Of a DNA stretch of 64,000 bases, positions 29,051-39,152 are shown piece after piece (position 1 is the stretch's first letter; the number at the start of each line of letters is the position of its first letter). The notes beneath the pieces are model-generated. The model was given only the letters and a program-made list of their open reading frames with translations, made no database searches and was not told the DNA's origin. Source of the stretch: Thecamonas trahens ATCC 50062 (Eukaryota > Protista > Apusomonadida). The translations under genes were made by a program, and so were the position numbers. The stretch lies in NCBI RefSeq assembly GCF_000142905.1, contig NW_013657637.1:1-64000 (forward strand). The letters are read 5' to 3'.

Positions 29051-32000
29051 CTACGACGAGTCCGAGTACGAGGCCGAGGCAAAGGTGTACTCGTCCGAGC
29101 CGGACGTGAACGACGAGCCAAGCGACGGCTCCGAGTCGATGTCCGAGACGTCAAGCGAGTCGACGAGCTTGGAGCGGTGGAAGTCGCGCGGGGCGAGGAG
29201 GGCCGGATGCGGGTCATCGGCGTCGACAATCTCCTCCATCCGCGCGTAGAGCTTGTCCATGAGGCGGCGCGAAAAGTAGGACCAGACGCCGATCTCGCGG
29301 AGAAGGTACTCGAGGTCCTCCTGGTCGAGCGGGTGGTAGGCGATGGCCGTCGGGTTGGCAGGGTTCAGGTACTCGTCGGCTTCCTCAAAGGCCGAGAACG
29401 ACGAGTTGTTGGCCCACAGGTCGTGCCAAAAGACAAACCAGACGGCGTTGCCGGGGTGGGCGTCGAAGAACCGCAGTCGCTCGTAGAGGAGGCGGAGGCC
29501 GGTGGCGTGGCGCTCCGGAAGAGTGCGAAGAAGCTCGTTCTGCTCGTAGTTGCGGAGGTAGGCCACGAGATTCTTGTACGGCACGTACGACGAGTTGTAG
29601 ATGTGGTAGTGAAACTCGTACGAGAGCGTGGAGGCCTTGTGGCGGAACTCGTTGAGCCAGTGCCGCCGGTAGTCGTGGAAGGCCCGGAGCACCTTCTTGT
29701 GCCGCGGCTTCCAGATGGCCTGGTTGTCGACGTGGTAGAGGAGCCGCTGGATCTTCTTGGTCTCCTCAAACTCGTTGCGCTTGTTGTGGCCAAAGTCCGT
29801 GTCGCGGAGGAGAAGCGGCTCATCGGTCCAGTGGCCGCCTGCGTCGTCGTCGCCCTCGCCGTCTTGGTAAGCAATGGTAAAGCCAAAGCCCTCGGACATG
29901 TTGAGGATGGCGCCGTCCGAGGTCTGGAACGGGTTCTTGCGCTTGTATCCGGTGATGCGGAGCTTGCCGCGGCGGAACTTAAAGTCGACAAAGACCTTGA
30001 AGCGCTTGGTCGTCGACCCGCGCCGCTCCTCCTTCCACTTCTGGATGCGGGCCTTGTGGAAAAAGTACACAATCTTGCCGTCGAGGGCCCGGATGCGGGT
30101 CCGGAGGTACCGGCGACGCATGATTTCCGAGAACCGATTCTGGTCGATAAACTCGCGGAGGCGGGCCTGCTCGCGGAGGAACACATGGTCGTCGTCGTCG
30201 TCATACACCATGACGACCGTAAAGGGGAACGGCAGGGCGTAGGCGCGACCAAAGCAAGTGAACGAGTCGAGCTCGCCGTCCTCGGGCATGCCCTCGTAGT
30301 ACACGTCGAGGCCGACAATGTACTTGAGCACGTCGTGCTGGATCTGGAGCGCGCTGTCCGAGTTGGAGTCGAGCACGGCGTGCTCATAGGCATGGAAGCC
30401 GACAACCTCGACAATGCGCTTGTTCTCAAAGTGCCGCTCACCGACGGTACCCTGAAAGTTCTGCAGGTACGGCGCAGTGTCGGCGGCTGTAATGTCCGAC
30501 TGCTTGGCGGCGGCATCGGCAAAGAGCGATGCGCTGGCCGGGCGCGCAGCGCGGCCGTCCGACTCTGACGTCGACGAGTACGAGTCAGAGGCTTCGCGGA
30601 TGGCTCGCTTGGTGTTGGTCACCGAAGGCTGGGCAAATGCCCACTTTTGTGACTCGGGCGGCTTGAACTCGTCATGAACCATGAAAAGCCCGTCCCAGAA
30701 CTCGTGCCAGATCCGCTGCTTGCGGGCGGTGAGGAGGTTGAGCGAGGGCGAAAAGAACAGGTCCCGCGAGGGTTTGCGCGGGTCAGGCGTAAAGGTCAGC
30801 ATCTTGAACGTGTTCTTGCAGCACTTGGCAAAAAACGAGACGCCGGTAAAGAAGAGCAGCGCCATGAAGAGCAGGTTGAGGACATGGAGGACGTTGAGGA
30901 CAATGCCCCAATTGGACTCGTCCCACACGTCAAAGACAAGAATGAAGCCGATGAACGCCGTGAGGACCGAGGTCACACGCCCGCAGCGATCAATAAGATC
31001 GTTCTCGCGGAGGAGGAACGGCGAGATGCGGAAGGCAACGGCAGCAAAGACAACCATGACGAGGAGAACGCCCGAGATCTGGATCACCTGCAGCGCGCGC
31101 GATTGGCCCTCGTAGATGGCGTTGTTGCGCGAGAGAGTGATGATGAGGACGGCAAGCATGAGCTTGACACCCATGATGATGACCTTGTAGTGGGCCCACG
31201 ACCGCTCGTAGCCGTAGTAGAGGAACGAGTACGGGGTCTTGTCGCGCCTGAGCTCGTTGCGGTAGACCGTCTTGCGGAGCGCGTACGGCACGCGGTGGCC
31301 TTCGGCGTTGTAGATGCGCGGAATGGGCTTGTACGACTGGATGAGGAGGTAGCAGGCGACAGGAAGGCCGATGGAGATGATGACGAACATGACGACGGCA
31401 GCAACAATGTACATGATGTGCTGGACCGAGTAGCACGAGTCAAACGCAGTGATCCACTCCGAGTCGCACACCATGATGCGGAGAGCAACCTCGGTACACG
31501 GCATGAAGAGCGTGGTGAGGATGGTGAGCACAATCTGGACCGTCAACCGCTTGCGCTTAGACGAGTCGACCCAGTGGCGGGCCTCGAGGCCCTCGCGGAT
31601 GTCGTCGGTGGTGACCCGGGCGCGGACAATGGTCGAGAAGAGCGAGATGGAGAAGAGAAAGAGGAACCAAAACCAGATGTTCTGGACAACAGACGGCTCG
31701 ACGGTGATGAGGTCGGGCAGCGTGAGCGAGAAGACACGAAAGATGGAGCCAAAGAACTCGCGGAACGAGTCGGGCCACTCAATGCCGGCAAAGAAGAGGC
31801 CGATGATCTGGAAAAAGTCCCGGAACAAGTCGAACTTGACGGCAAAGTCAAAGTTACCAAACGAGCTCGTCGCTGCTCCAACGCCCTCCACCATCTTGAT
31901 CAAGTTCTTCTTGCCCACATCATACGCTGCTGCCGACTCTGCCCAAGCCACATCAGCCTTGTCTTGCACAGCCTCTGACTCGAGATAATCCTTGACATCA

Positions 32001-32191
32001 TTGGCCTTTGAAATAAAAGCCACTTTGCCAGCCCTCAATGCATGCTTGCCAACTCTCAGGCCTTCACCACCACCCGCTGCCACTTCAGAGCCAAGCGAGA
32101 GTGCCTCCGAGCCAGCAGACGAGCCAAGCGAGAGTGCCTCAGAACCCAGTGACTCTGCCTCGGAGAGCATGTCGTACGTGTAGTCCGACAT
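29051..32191 (-). CDS. Multi-pass membrane protein (TRP-like/PF06011-type TM bundle) with a large C-terminal cytoplasmic domain
   Basis: DFFQIIGLF..IEWP..F, ~8 hydrophobic segments, YSFLYYGYERSWAHYKVIIMGVKLML motif, ~550 aa globular C-terminus. Confidence 0.8.
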   Translation of the reverse strand: MSDYTYDMLSEAESLGSEALSLGSSAGSEALSLGSEVAAGGGEGLRVGKHALRAGKVAFISKANDVKDYLESEAVQDKADVAWAESAAAYDVGKKNLIKMVEGVGAATSSFGNFDFAVKFDLFRDFFQIIGLFFAGIEWPDSFREFFGSIFRVFSLTLPDLITVEPSVVQNIWFWFLFLFSISLFSTIVRARVTTDDIREGLEARHWVDSSKRKRLTVQIVLTILTTLFMPCTEVALRIMVCDSEWITAFDSCYSVQHIMYIVAAVVMFVIISIGLPVACYLLIQSYKPIPRIYNAEGHRVPYALRKTVYRNELRRDKTPYSFLYYGYERSWAHYKVIIMGVKLMLAVLIITLSRNNAIYEGQSRALQVIQISGVLLVMVVFAAVAFRISPFLLRENDLIDRCGRVTSVLTAFIGFILVFDVWDESNWGIVLNVLHVLNLLFMALLFFTGVSFFAKCCKNTFKMLTFTPDPRKPSRDLFFSPSLNLLTARKQRIWHEFWDGLFMVHDEFKPPESQKWAFAQPSVTNTKRAIREASDSYSSTSESDGRAARPASASLFADAAAKQSDITAADTAPYLQNFQGTVGERHFENKRIVEVVGFHAYEHAVLDSNSDSALQIQHDVLKYIVGLDVYYEGMPEDGELDSFTCFGRAYALPFPFTVVMVYDDDDDHVFLREQARLREFIDQNRFSEIMRRRYLRTRIRALDGKIVYFFHKARIQKWKEERRGSTTKRFKVFVDFKFRRGKLRITGYKRKNPFQTSDGAILNMSEGFGFTIAYQDGEGDDDAGGHWTDEPLLLRDTDFGHNKRNEFEETKKIQRLLYHVDNQAIWKPRHKKVLRAFHDYRRHWLNEFRHKASTLSYEFHYHIYNSSYVPYKNLVAYLRNYEQNELLRTLPERHATGLRLLYERLRFFDAHPGNAVWFVFWHDLWANNSSFSAFEEADEYLNPANPTAIAYHPLDQEDLEYLLREIGVWSYFSRRLMDKLYARMEEIVDADDPHPALLAPRDFHRSKLVDSLDVSDIDSEPSLGSSFTSGSDEYTFASASYSDSS

Positions 32192-32761
32192 GGGGCTATG
32201 GAGAGGGGAGGGGGGGGAGGGGGGGTAGTGGGGGTGCAAGTGGAGTGGTGTGTGTGCCTGGGTGTGCGGGAGCGGAGGACGGGAGGAGGGGTGTCAGCTG
32301 GTTCTGGGAATGGTCCGGGGGAGGGAGGGGGTCAGACCACACGGAACAGAGGGCAAGGGGTGATGAGGGAGGGGTTTTTTTTGTTCGGGGAATGAGAGGG
32401 GTAGGTGTGTGGGGGGTGATGAGGATGGTGGGGGTGGAGAGGGGGGGTGATCGCTTGCTCAGATTGAAGCTCTCGCTGATTGAGGTGATCGTCGTGATGA
32501 TGGAGATAGAAGGATCAGATTTCGATCAAGGGTGTATGGGATGGAGAGAGGATAGAGGGTGCACAGCAATGGACAAGAAGCACTTGCGCATGAGAGGAGA
32601 GGGAGGAGGAGGGGGGGAGGAGGGTGATCGGCGCGGCCGGTAGCTCGTGTGAGGCCTCCCGTCTGGCCAAACATGGAGGGATCCCGCCTCTCCAGTCACA
32701 CCGCCGGAGTAAGACGGAGTACACCTCACGTTGGCACAGGAGTAGTAGGGAAGGCTTTGCC

Positions 32762-33991
32762 ATGGCAGCAGCTGCTTGGGGTGTGTCGTCGGAAGGAGCG
32801 CGCGTTCGTGAGAATGACGTCGAGTTTCTGACCCTGTTGTGGAGCTTGAGCAATGACGAGCTGATGGCACTCTCCAATCTGAAGATACAGTACTACGACC
32901 AAGCGGCACCTGTGCCGAGCTCAAACTACGACTTTCTCAAAGTGCTCATGGCTTGCAAGTGGAGCGTCGACCTCGCTTTGACAAAAATCCCCATCTACAT
33001 TGGCCTTCGCGATCGGTTGGGCCTCTCAGCTCGGCTAGCTCTAGATCCGCTGCTGCCCGTCCTGGCCACCGGTCGCTATCAGCTGCAGGGCACCGATCGC
33101 GATGGTCACCCGGTGCTGTATGTGGCGGCGGCAACTTATGTGCCGGCAGAAACTGTGCTGGATGATGAGATCCGTGCCATCGTGTTTCTGCTCGAGTACG
33201 CGTGGAGGACAAACCCGGCGGCTGGTCGCCACGGCATCACGGTCGTCGTCGACCTCAGCGGTGCCCGAGTGCGGGCAAACTTTGACAAGGACGCCGGCCG
33301 CGAGCTCGTCATGACGCTGCAGAGTGCGTATCCGATGCGGGTCCGCCGTGTCGCGCTTGTCAACCCGACGCTCAGCCAGCGGCTGGCCATGCGGTCCATC
33401 AAATCGGTGATGAAGGCCGGGCTCCGCGACAAGGTCGAAAAGTACACTCACCAGACGCTGACCAAGATTATTGCGCCCGACCAGCTGCCCGAGCGGTTTG
33501 GCGGAAGCCTCAGCTTTTCGTTTGCCCGCTGGCTCAAGTCGCTCCAGCAGCAGGAGGCGCTGCTCAATCCCGGCGCTGTCTCGACCGTCGAGCTCACCCT
33601 GCCGGTCGAGTCCGGCAGTCTCGAGGGCGGCGGCGAGGCCGAGGATGCCGAGAACGTCGATGACGCAGACTATGTTGAGCCCGAGTACGTCGACTTTGTG
33701 CCGCGGGCATCCGCCGATCCTGAGTACCAGCCGTTTGGGGACGGAGGAGGAGATGTGAGTGCAGACGATGCCGTAAGCGTGGACGCAGGCCTGGATGCGC
33801 GCCCAAGCGCCAACGATGGCGACTACGAGCCATTTGCCGTTGGCAGTCCCGAGTACGAAGACTACGTTCCGTCGCCCGTCGCTGATGACGGCGGCGAGTA
33901 CTCGAGTCACACCGAGTACGACGACGAGCTGGATCTGGAGCCGGACGACTTTGCGTATCCTGAGCTCGAGTACGAGGATTATGTTGGGTAG
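32762..33991 (+). CDS. CRAL-TRIO (Sec14-like) lipid-binding protein with acidic Tyr-rich tail
   Basis: GTDRDGHPVLY, VVVDLSG, LQSAYPMRVRRVALVNP, DQLPERFGG. Confidence 0.9.
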   Translation: MAAAAWGVSSEGARVRENDVEFLTLLWSLSNDELMALSNLKIQYYDQAAPVPSSNYDFLKVLMACKWSVDLALTKIPIYIGLRDRLGLSARLALDPLLPVLATGRYQLQGTDRDGHPVLYVAAATYVPAETVLDDEIRAIVFLLEYAWRTNPAAGRHGITVVVDLSGARVRANFDKDAGRELVMTLQSAYPMRVRRVALVNPTLSQRLAMRSIKSVMKAGLRDKVEKYTHQTLTKIIAPDQLPERFGGSLSFSFARWLKSLQQQEALLNPGAVSTVELTLPVESGSLEGGGEAEDAENVDDADYVEPEYVDFVPRASADPEYQPFGDGGGDVSADDAVSVDAGLDARPSANDGDYEPFAVGSPEYEDYVPSPVADDGGEYSSHTEYDDELDLEPDDFAYPELEYEDYVG

Positions 33992-34119
33992 AGAAGAGCA
34001 TGTGAATAATCGATGGTCCTGGCCCTTTGTGATGGCTTGGTGAAGAGGGAGGGGTGGGCACGGCCGGGCAGGATGCCTCCACACGCCATCGCCATACCTG
34101 CCATCAATGCCCCTGCCAT

Positions 34120-34271
34120 CACCACACTTACCATCACCACACACACCATCACCACACATACCATCACCACACATACCATCACCACACACACCATCACCAC
34201 ACATACCATCACCACACATACCATCACCACACATACCATCACCACACATACCATCACCACACATACCATCA
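34120..34271. repeat. 15-bp minisatellite (ACCATCACCACACA[T/C]) x ~10
   Basis: Direct periodicity; followed by (CCA)n at ~34346-34396. Confidence 0.92.
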
Positions 34272-34422
34272 ATCCCGCTCCCTCAACCGATAATCGATAG
34301 CCAACGTTTGATCACCTCTCCCGCCCCCACCCCCACCACCTCTCCCACCACCACCACCACCACCACCACCACCACCACCACCACCACCACCACCACCCAG
34401 GCACACGAGACACGTGGCGAGG

Positions 34423-35913
34423 ATGCAAGGCGAAGCAGGGAGGGTGTCGTCGCAGGTGGACCCTCTCTATCTGGGAGCTATGTACCTCCGACGCAGAGCA
34501 TACGACGCAGCAGTTGGTGTGGCAAGTGACATGCTCGCGGGAGAAGGAAGGGACCAAGCAGCGTGGTACCTCAAGGCGAGGAGTCTGACGGAGAAGGTGT
34601 ATATCGATGATACTGATGTGGAGGAGACAGGTCTGGCGGAAGAACTGATGGATGATCGTGCTATGGCTACGGCTCCAAGACCTGGTACTTCATTTGCTGG
34701 TCCAAGGACTTCGGCAGGTACCTCAAGAGGGAGACCTCTCTCAGGCTACGCAAGGCCATCCACTTCGGCGAGAGGTTCAACTGCGTCAGGCGCTCGTCCG
34801 ATGACATCCAGGCCCATTGCTTCTTCTGCAGGGAGGTATGTTCGCCTCAACACTGCTGCTTTCGCAGCAGAGCCGGATGGTCCTTTCATTCCCGTCGACG
34901 CCCTCGATCTGCGGAGGTACGCCAAGCGTCAGCACCTGGCCAAGATCCTCTTTGGCTACATCTTGTACGTTGAGAGCAACCCGCTCAAGGCCCTCGAGCT
35001 TGCTACCTACGCCCATGAGCGCGCAAAGTTCAAGGACTGGTGGTGGAAGCTCCAGATCGGCAAGTGCTACTACCAGATCGGCCTCCTCCGCGACGCCCAG
35101 AAGTTCTACCTCTCCTCGCTCGTCTCGCAAGACATGGTCGAGACATACCTCCACCTCGGCAAGATCTTCTTCCGCCTCGACCAGCCGGCCAAGGCAATCG
35201 ACACCTACGTCAAGGCCATGACCGTCCACCCGCACGAGCCGTCGCTCGTCATCGGCCTCGCTCGTGTCCACGATGCGCTCGGCGAGACCCAGCGCGCCGT
35301 TGCTCTCTACAGAGACGTCCTTCGCATCGATCCGTCCAACATCGAGGCCGCCGCCTCGCTAGGCTCGTACCATTTTTACTCGGACACGCCAGAGATTGCG
35401 CTCCGCTACTACCGCCGCCTCCTGCAAATGGGCGTCTACACCACATCCATCTGGAACAACATCGGCCTCTGCTGCTTCTTTGGCCAGCAGTTTGACATGG
35501 CCTTGTCGTGCTTTGAGCGCGCCCTTGCCCTCGCCTCGGACGATGACCTCGCCCAGGTCTGGTACAACATCTCGCACGTCGCCCTCGCCACCGGCGACCT
35601 CAACCTCGCCTACCAGGCCTGCAAGCTCGCCCTCGCCGCCGACCCTGACCACGCCCAGGCCATCAACAACCTCGGCGTCCTCGAGCTGCTCATGGGCAAC
35701 GGCCTCTCCGCAAAGACAGAGTTTGTCACCTCGTCCACTCTCGCGCCTTGGCTCACCGTCCCGCACTACAACACCGGCCTCGTCGCCTACAAGCTCGGCG
35801 AGTTTGAGGCCGCCTTCAAGGCTGCCAGCGACGCCCTTGCTCTTGACCCCGACCACGCCCCGTCAAAGGCTCTAATGGACTCGCTCTCCAAATCGCTCTC
35901 GCGCTCCGTCTAG
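34423..35913 (+). CDS. TTC8: BBSome subunit BBS8 / TTC8
   Basis: DPLYL..YLRRR, DQAAWYLKARSLTE.VYIDD, APRPGTS, DWWWK.Q.GKCY, FYSDTPEIALRYYRRLLQMG, TPR array; exact start uncertain. Confidence 0.95.
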   Translation: MQGEAGRVSSQVDPLYLGAMYLRRRAYDAAVGVASDMLAGEGRDQAAWYLKARSLTEKVYIDDTDVEETGLAEELMDDRAMATAPRPGTSFAGPRTSAGTSRGRPLSGYARPSTSARGSTASGARPMTSRPIASSAGRYVRLNTAAFAAEPDGPFIPVDALDLRRYAKRQHLAKILFGYILYVESNPLKALELATYAHERAKFKDWWWKLQIGKCYYQIGLLRDAQKFYLSSLVSQDMVETYLHLGKIFFRLDQPAKAIDTYVKAMTVHPHEPSLVIGLARVHDALGETQRAVALYRDVLRIDPSNIEAAASLGSYHFYSDTPEIALRYYRRLLQMGVYTTSIWNNIGLCCFFGQQFDMALSCFERALALASDDDLAQVWYNISHVALATGDLNLAYQACKLALAADPDHAQAINNLGVLELLMGNGLSAKTEFVTSSTLAPWLTVPHYNTGLVAYKLGEFEAAFKAASDALALDPDHAPSKALMDSLSKSLSRSV

Positions 35914-35914
35914 T

Positions 35915-36727
35915 CTACTCGCCGCATCTGCACGGCGCCGCTCCCGCCCGCTCACGGACTGCTCCGCTCCTCTCCGCCCACGCCTCGCCGCTCACAGCAT
36001 GCACCAGCCACGGATCCTCGCTCTCATCCGCAGGGTGCGAGTACTCGAGCCCAAGCTTAGCAAACGTTGCAAGCATGCCCTTGTTCGCTGCCTTGGTCGA
36101 GCCGATCACACGCTCTAGGCCCAGCCCAGCCGGCCGCGGCGTAAACGCAAAGTCCAGCACCGCCACCAGCGCCCGCAGCCCGATCCGCTTCCCCCACAGA
36201 CTTGCGTGGATGGCGATCCCGATCTCGCCGCTCCCGCCCACACCATCTGCTCCAGCCACCAGCGAGAGTGACCGGAAGCCGACCAAGCCCGCGCTAAGGC
36301 TGTAGCCCAGCTCGTCGGCCTCCTCCGTCGACGCCACCACCAGCGCCGACGGTGCCGTGTCGACACCAAACGCTGCAAATCCCAAGCTCCCCACGCCGCC
36401 TTCAGCTCCGATGCCAAGCTCAAAGTTGCAGCCGGTGCCATCACCATATGCCGCCACATCATGCATCCGTCGAGCAGCTGCATCGTCGCAGGAAAACATG
36501 CCGTCTTTGCAAATGTGATTGAGATGGGCCATGGTCGTCGTGTCGGCAAAGGTAGCCACCACACGGACGTCCGAGTCCTCAGGCAGCGGGCCTCGCAGGA
36601 CAAGCTCAGGCGACCACGCCCCGCAATGGGTACACTTGCTCGAAGCGGGTACTCTCAGTCTCGTTGGTCTCTCCCCGCGTCCAAGCTCGACGTCAGGAGA
36701 GGCCATGCTGTCGTCGATGTCTGCCAT
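35915..36727 (-). CDS. GNAT acetyltransferase, RimJ/RimL (Acetyltransf_3)-type
   Basis: LVLRGP, GEIGIAIHASLWGKRIG, LGLERV..STKAANKGM..FAKLG. Confidence 0.8.
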   Translation of the reverse strand: MADIDDSMASPDVELGRGERPTRLRVPASSKCTHCGAWSPELVLRGPLPEDSDVRVVATFADTTTMAHLNHICKDGMFSCDDAAARRMHDVAAYGDGTGCNFELGIGAEGGVGSLGFAAFGVDTAPSALVVASTEEADELGYSLSAGLVGFRSLSLVAGADGVGGSGEIGIAIHASLWGKRIGLRALVAVLDFAFTPRPAGLGLERVIGSTKAANKGMLATFAKLGLEYSHPADESEDPWLVHAVSGEAWAERSGAVRERAGAAPCRCGE

Positions 36728-36804
36728 GAGCCGCAGAGAGAGGAGTCGGCGCGGGGGGGGGGGGGGGGGGGGGGACGGCACAGAGTTTAGCTTTGGTGTT
36801 GTGA

Positions 36805-38937
36805 CTACGATTGCCGCCAGAGATGGAGATCGGGCTCCAGAGTGGTGAGGAGGGTGTAGATCTGGTGCGAGAGTGCAGGGCCGAGGGCTGAGCGGGATCG
36901 AGAGCGGGCGGATGACACGGTAGACGAGACGTGGATGGAGGCGAGAAGCGAAGCCTTGTCGGCATCGGAGAGGTCGCGCCGCTCGTAGTGGACAAGCAGC
37001 GAGTTGAGGGTGGGGTAGACCCGGGCAATGGCTAGTGCCACCGGCTTGCTCACCCGTGGAATCTGCATCAGCATCGAGATCCAGATCTCGCTCGGCTTGC
37101 GCGACTTGGACACCGTCGAGGCGTCGAGATGCAGGCCGAGCGCGGCGAGCGCGTACGGCGGCGCTTGATGCGCCGAGTTGGCCACGTGCCGGAAAAAGTG
37201 CCGGAGGAGAAAGGCCAGCGCACCGCGGGTCCCGGTCTGCTGCACCGTGACTTGAAGCTCGAGCTCGATCGCCACAACCGCCGCTTGGATTTGCGCTCCA
37301 CTCGGCCGCGGGTAGCGCGGGCCGCCTGGCACGGGCGGGGGACCAACGGCCAGGTACGCTCGCGGCCTCGACGGGTACGCCCGCACGAGCTCACGGCACG
37401 CGTTCAGAAGCGTGCCCGCCAGCACATGGCGGCAGAACTCGCCGTGCCCGAGGTACTTGAGGACGCAAGGCGTCGGCTCAATCACCACATCGTGAGCTAC
37501 AGCCACATGCTCGCCGCGCCGTTGGATGTACTCCGCTGCGGCCTCATCTTCGCCCGCTAGCCGCCGTGCCACCACCTCCCGGTCGCACACCACGCATCCG
37601 CCCACGCCAAGCGGCTCGTATCGGGCCGGTATCGTCTCCAGTCCAGGCACAGACTCGGCAAGCTCCGCCAGCACCCGATCCATGACCTCCACAAACTCGT
37701 CGTCGCCCAGCAGCTGGTCGTCCAGCAACACCTGCAGCTCGCTCAGCGCGTCGGCCTCGGGCACGTTGACACGCGACGAGTTGGCACGCACCAACTGCGC
37801 CGCCACCTCGCGCTCCGCCCGGCTCGGCGGGCGATCCGCAGGCGCTTCCTGCTCCTGCTCCCGTTTCCGCTTCCGCTTCCGCTTGTTGCCCGGCGTCGTC
37901 GTTGACAGAGACGACGCCGCACGCCGCGCCGGAACCGCCGCCGCCAACGCCGTAGACCCCACAGGCTGCGACCGCGGCGGCGAGAACGAGATGCTTGATG
38001 ACGACTCAGACGACCCACACTCGTTCGAGCCGTTCGAGCGCATTGGTGTGAAATGCGCGACTCGCCGCGAGCCGTCGACAAACGTGTCGTCGTCATCGTC
38101 GCCGTCATTGTCGCCGTCCAGCACAATTACCGGCGCCGAGCTGCTCTCTCTCGTTGTGCAAGCCGGTTCAGCCCGTGGTGACTGCGACTGTAATGGCTGC
38201 CACTCAGCGTAGAACGCGTCCAGCTCGGCGTAGTCGTCGCCGACCACCGCCAACTCTGCACCAACCCCACCAGCACCCGACCGGGTCGAGCTCAGGCTCT
38301 CGTTGTCTCCGCCCTCGGAACTTGCCACCAGATCAACCACCGCAGACTGCGACCGTAGAGGCGCGGCAAACTCAGGCGTGCACGCCCGATCAACCTCCGA
38401 CTCCACTGCTTCCGTCTCCTCGGACAAAAGCAAGCCATCACCATCGCCATCGCCGCCAGACTCTGTCTCGACATCATCGCCGTTGCTGCAACGTACCCTC
38501 CGTGTCACAAACTCCTCCTCAGAGTTATCACTCGCCATGCGCCTTGCTCCTGCACGAGTTGACGACACCGACATTGCGGTGGCCGTCGACGATCCCATGC
38601 CCGACCTGATCGATGAGCCCGTTCCCAACCTGCCCGCCGACGACGTGATCGATGACGACATGATTGCTGTTGTTGCCGTCGTTCCTGCTGTTGCGGTTGT
38701 TGTGGCTGCTGCTGCTGGTGTGGATATTGTCCTTGGTTGTGGAGGATCGGGCGACGAGTCGGGCGAGATCGAGAGCGAGAGCGAAATGGAGAGCGAAGAC
38801 GAAGACAAAGGCACAGACGAGGTCGGCGACAAGGGCAAGCGGGCCGAGACGGAAAAGGCTCGAGACGACGGTAAGCCTGCTTGGCTACGCTCCCGAGGTG
38901 GTGGCGGGGAGAAGGTAAGGTCCACCACCTGGGACAT
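36805..38937 (-). CDS. EME1: Crossover junction endonuclease non-catalytic subunit EME1/Mms4-like
   Basis: Disordered acidic N-terminus; C-terminal IWISMLMQIPRVS..A.AIA..YPTLNSLL..Y...LGPALSHQIY helix-hairpin-helix signature. Confidence 0.85.
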   Translation of the reverse strand: MSQVVDLTFSPPPPRERSQAGLPSSRAFSVSARLPLSPTSSVPLSSSSLSISLSLSISPDSSPDPPQPRTISTPAAAATTTATAGTTATTAIMSSSITSSAGRLGTGSSIRSGMGSSTATAMSVSSTRAGARRMASDNSEEEFVTRRVRCSNGDDVETESGGDGDGDGLLLSEETEAVESEVDRACTPEFAAPLRSQSAVVDLVASSEGGDNESLSSTRSGAGGVGAELAVVGDDYAELDAFYAEWQPLQSQSPRAEPACTTRESSSAPVIVLDGDNDGDDDDDTFVDGSRRVAHFTPMRSNGSNECGSSESSSSISFSPPRSQPVGSTALAAAVPARRAASSLSTTTPGNKRKRKRKREQEQEAPADRPPSRAEREVAAQLVRANSSRVNVPEADALSELQVLLDDQLLGDDEFVEVMDRVLAELAESVPGLETIPARYEPLGVGGCVVCDREVVARRLAGEDEAAAEYIQRRGEHVAVAHDVVIEPTPCVLKYLGHGEFCRHVLAGTLLNACRELVRAYPSRPRAYLAVGPPPVPGGPRYPRPSGAQIQAAVVAIELELQVTVQQTGTRGALAFLLRHFFRHVANSAHQAPPYALAALGLHLDASTVSKSRKPSEIWISMLMQIPRVSKPVALAIARVYPTLNSLLVHYERRDLSDADKASLLASIHVSSTVSSARSRSRSALGPALSHQIYTLLTTLEPDLHLWRQS

Positions 38938-39152
38938 GACGGACACCCTGGTCTAAGCAGTTGTGCTCGTGGTAGAGACGTGCGCTGGTGCTGCAGCTGC
39001 TCCCTCCGCTCTAATCGCGCCGAGCGAGTCGCCGCCGCATTTGGGTCGGCCAAAGCGACGGCGGCTTTGCGGACGACGACCTGCTATCATTGCAAGTTTA
39101 GCTTCGATACGGTTCGAGTTGGTGGAGACAACATGGGCATAATCAAGTTCTT

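Noticed and set aside
33979-34557. CGDGM / HTITT / poly-W ORFs, and possible CRISPR-like periodicity
   Set aside because: 15-bp minisatellite and (CCA)n with no unique spacers; no CRISPR array anywhere in the window.
39100-39125. GGTTCGAGT tRNA T-loop/B-box-like motif
   Set aside because: No cloverleaf stems; no tRNA or rRNA gene recognised in the window.
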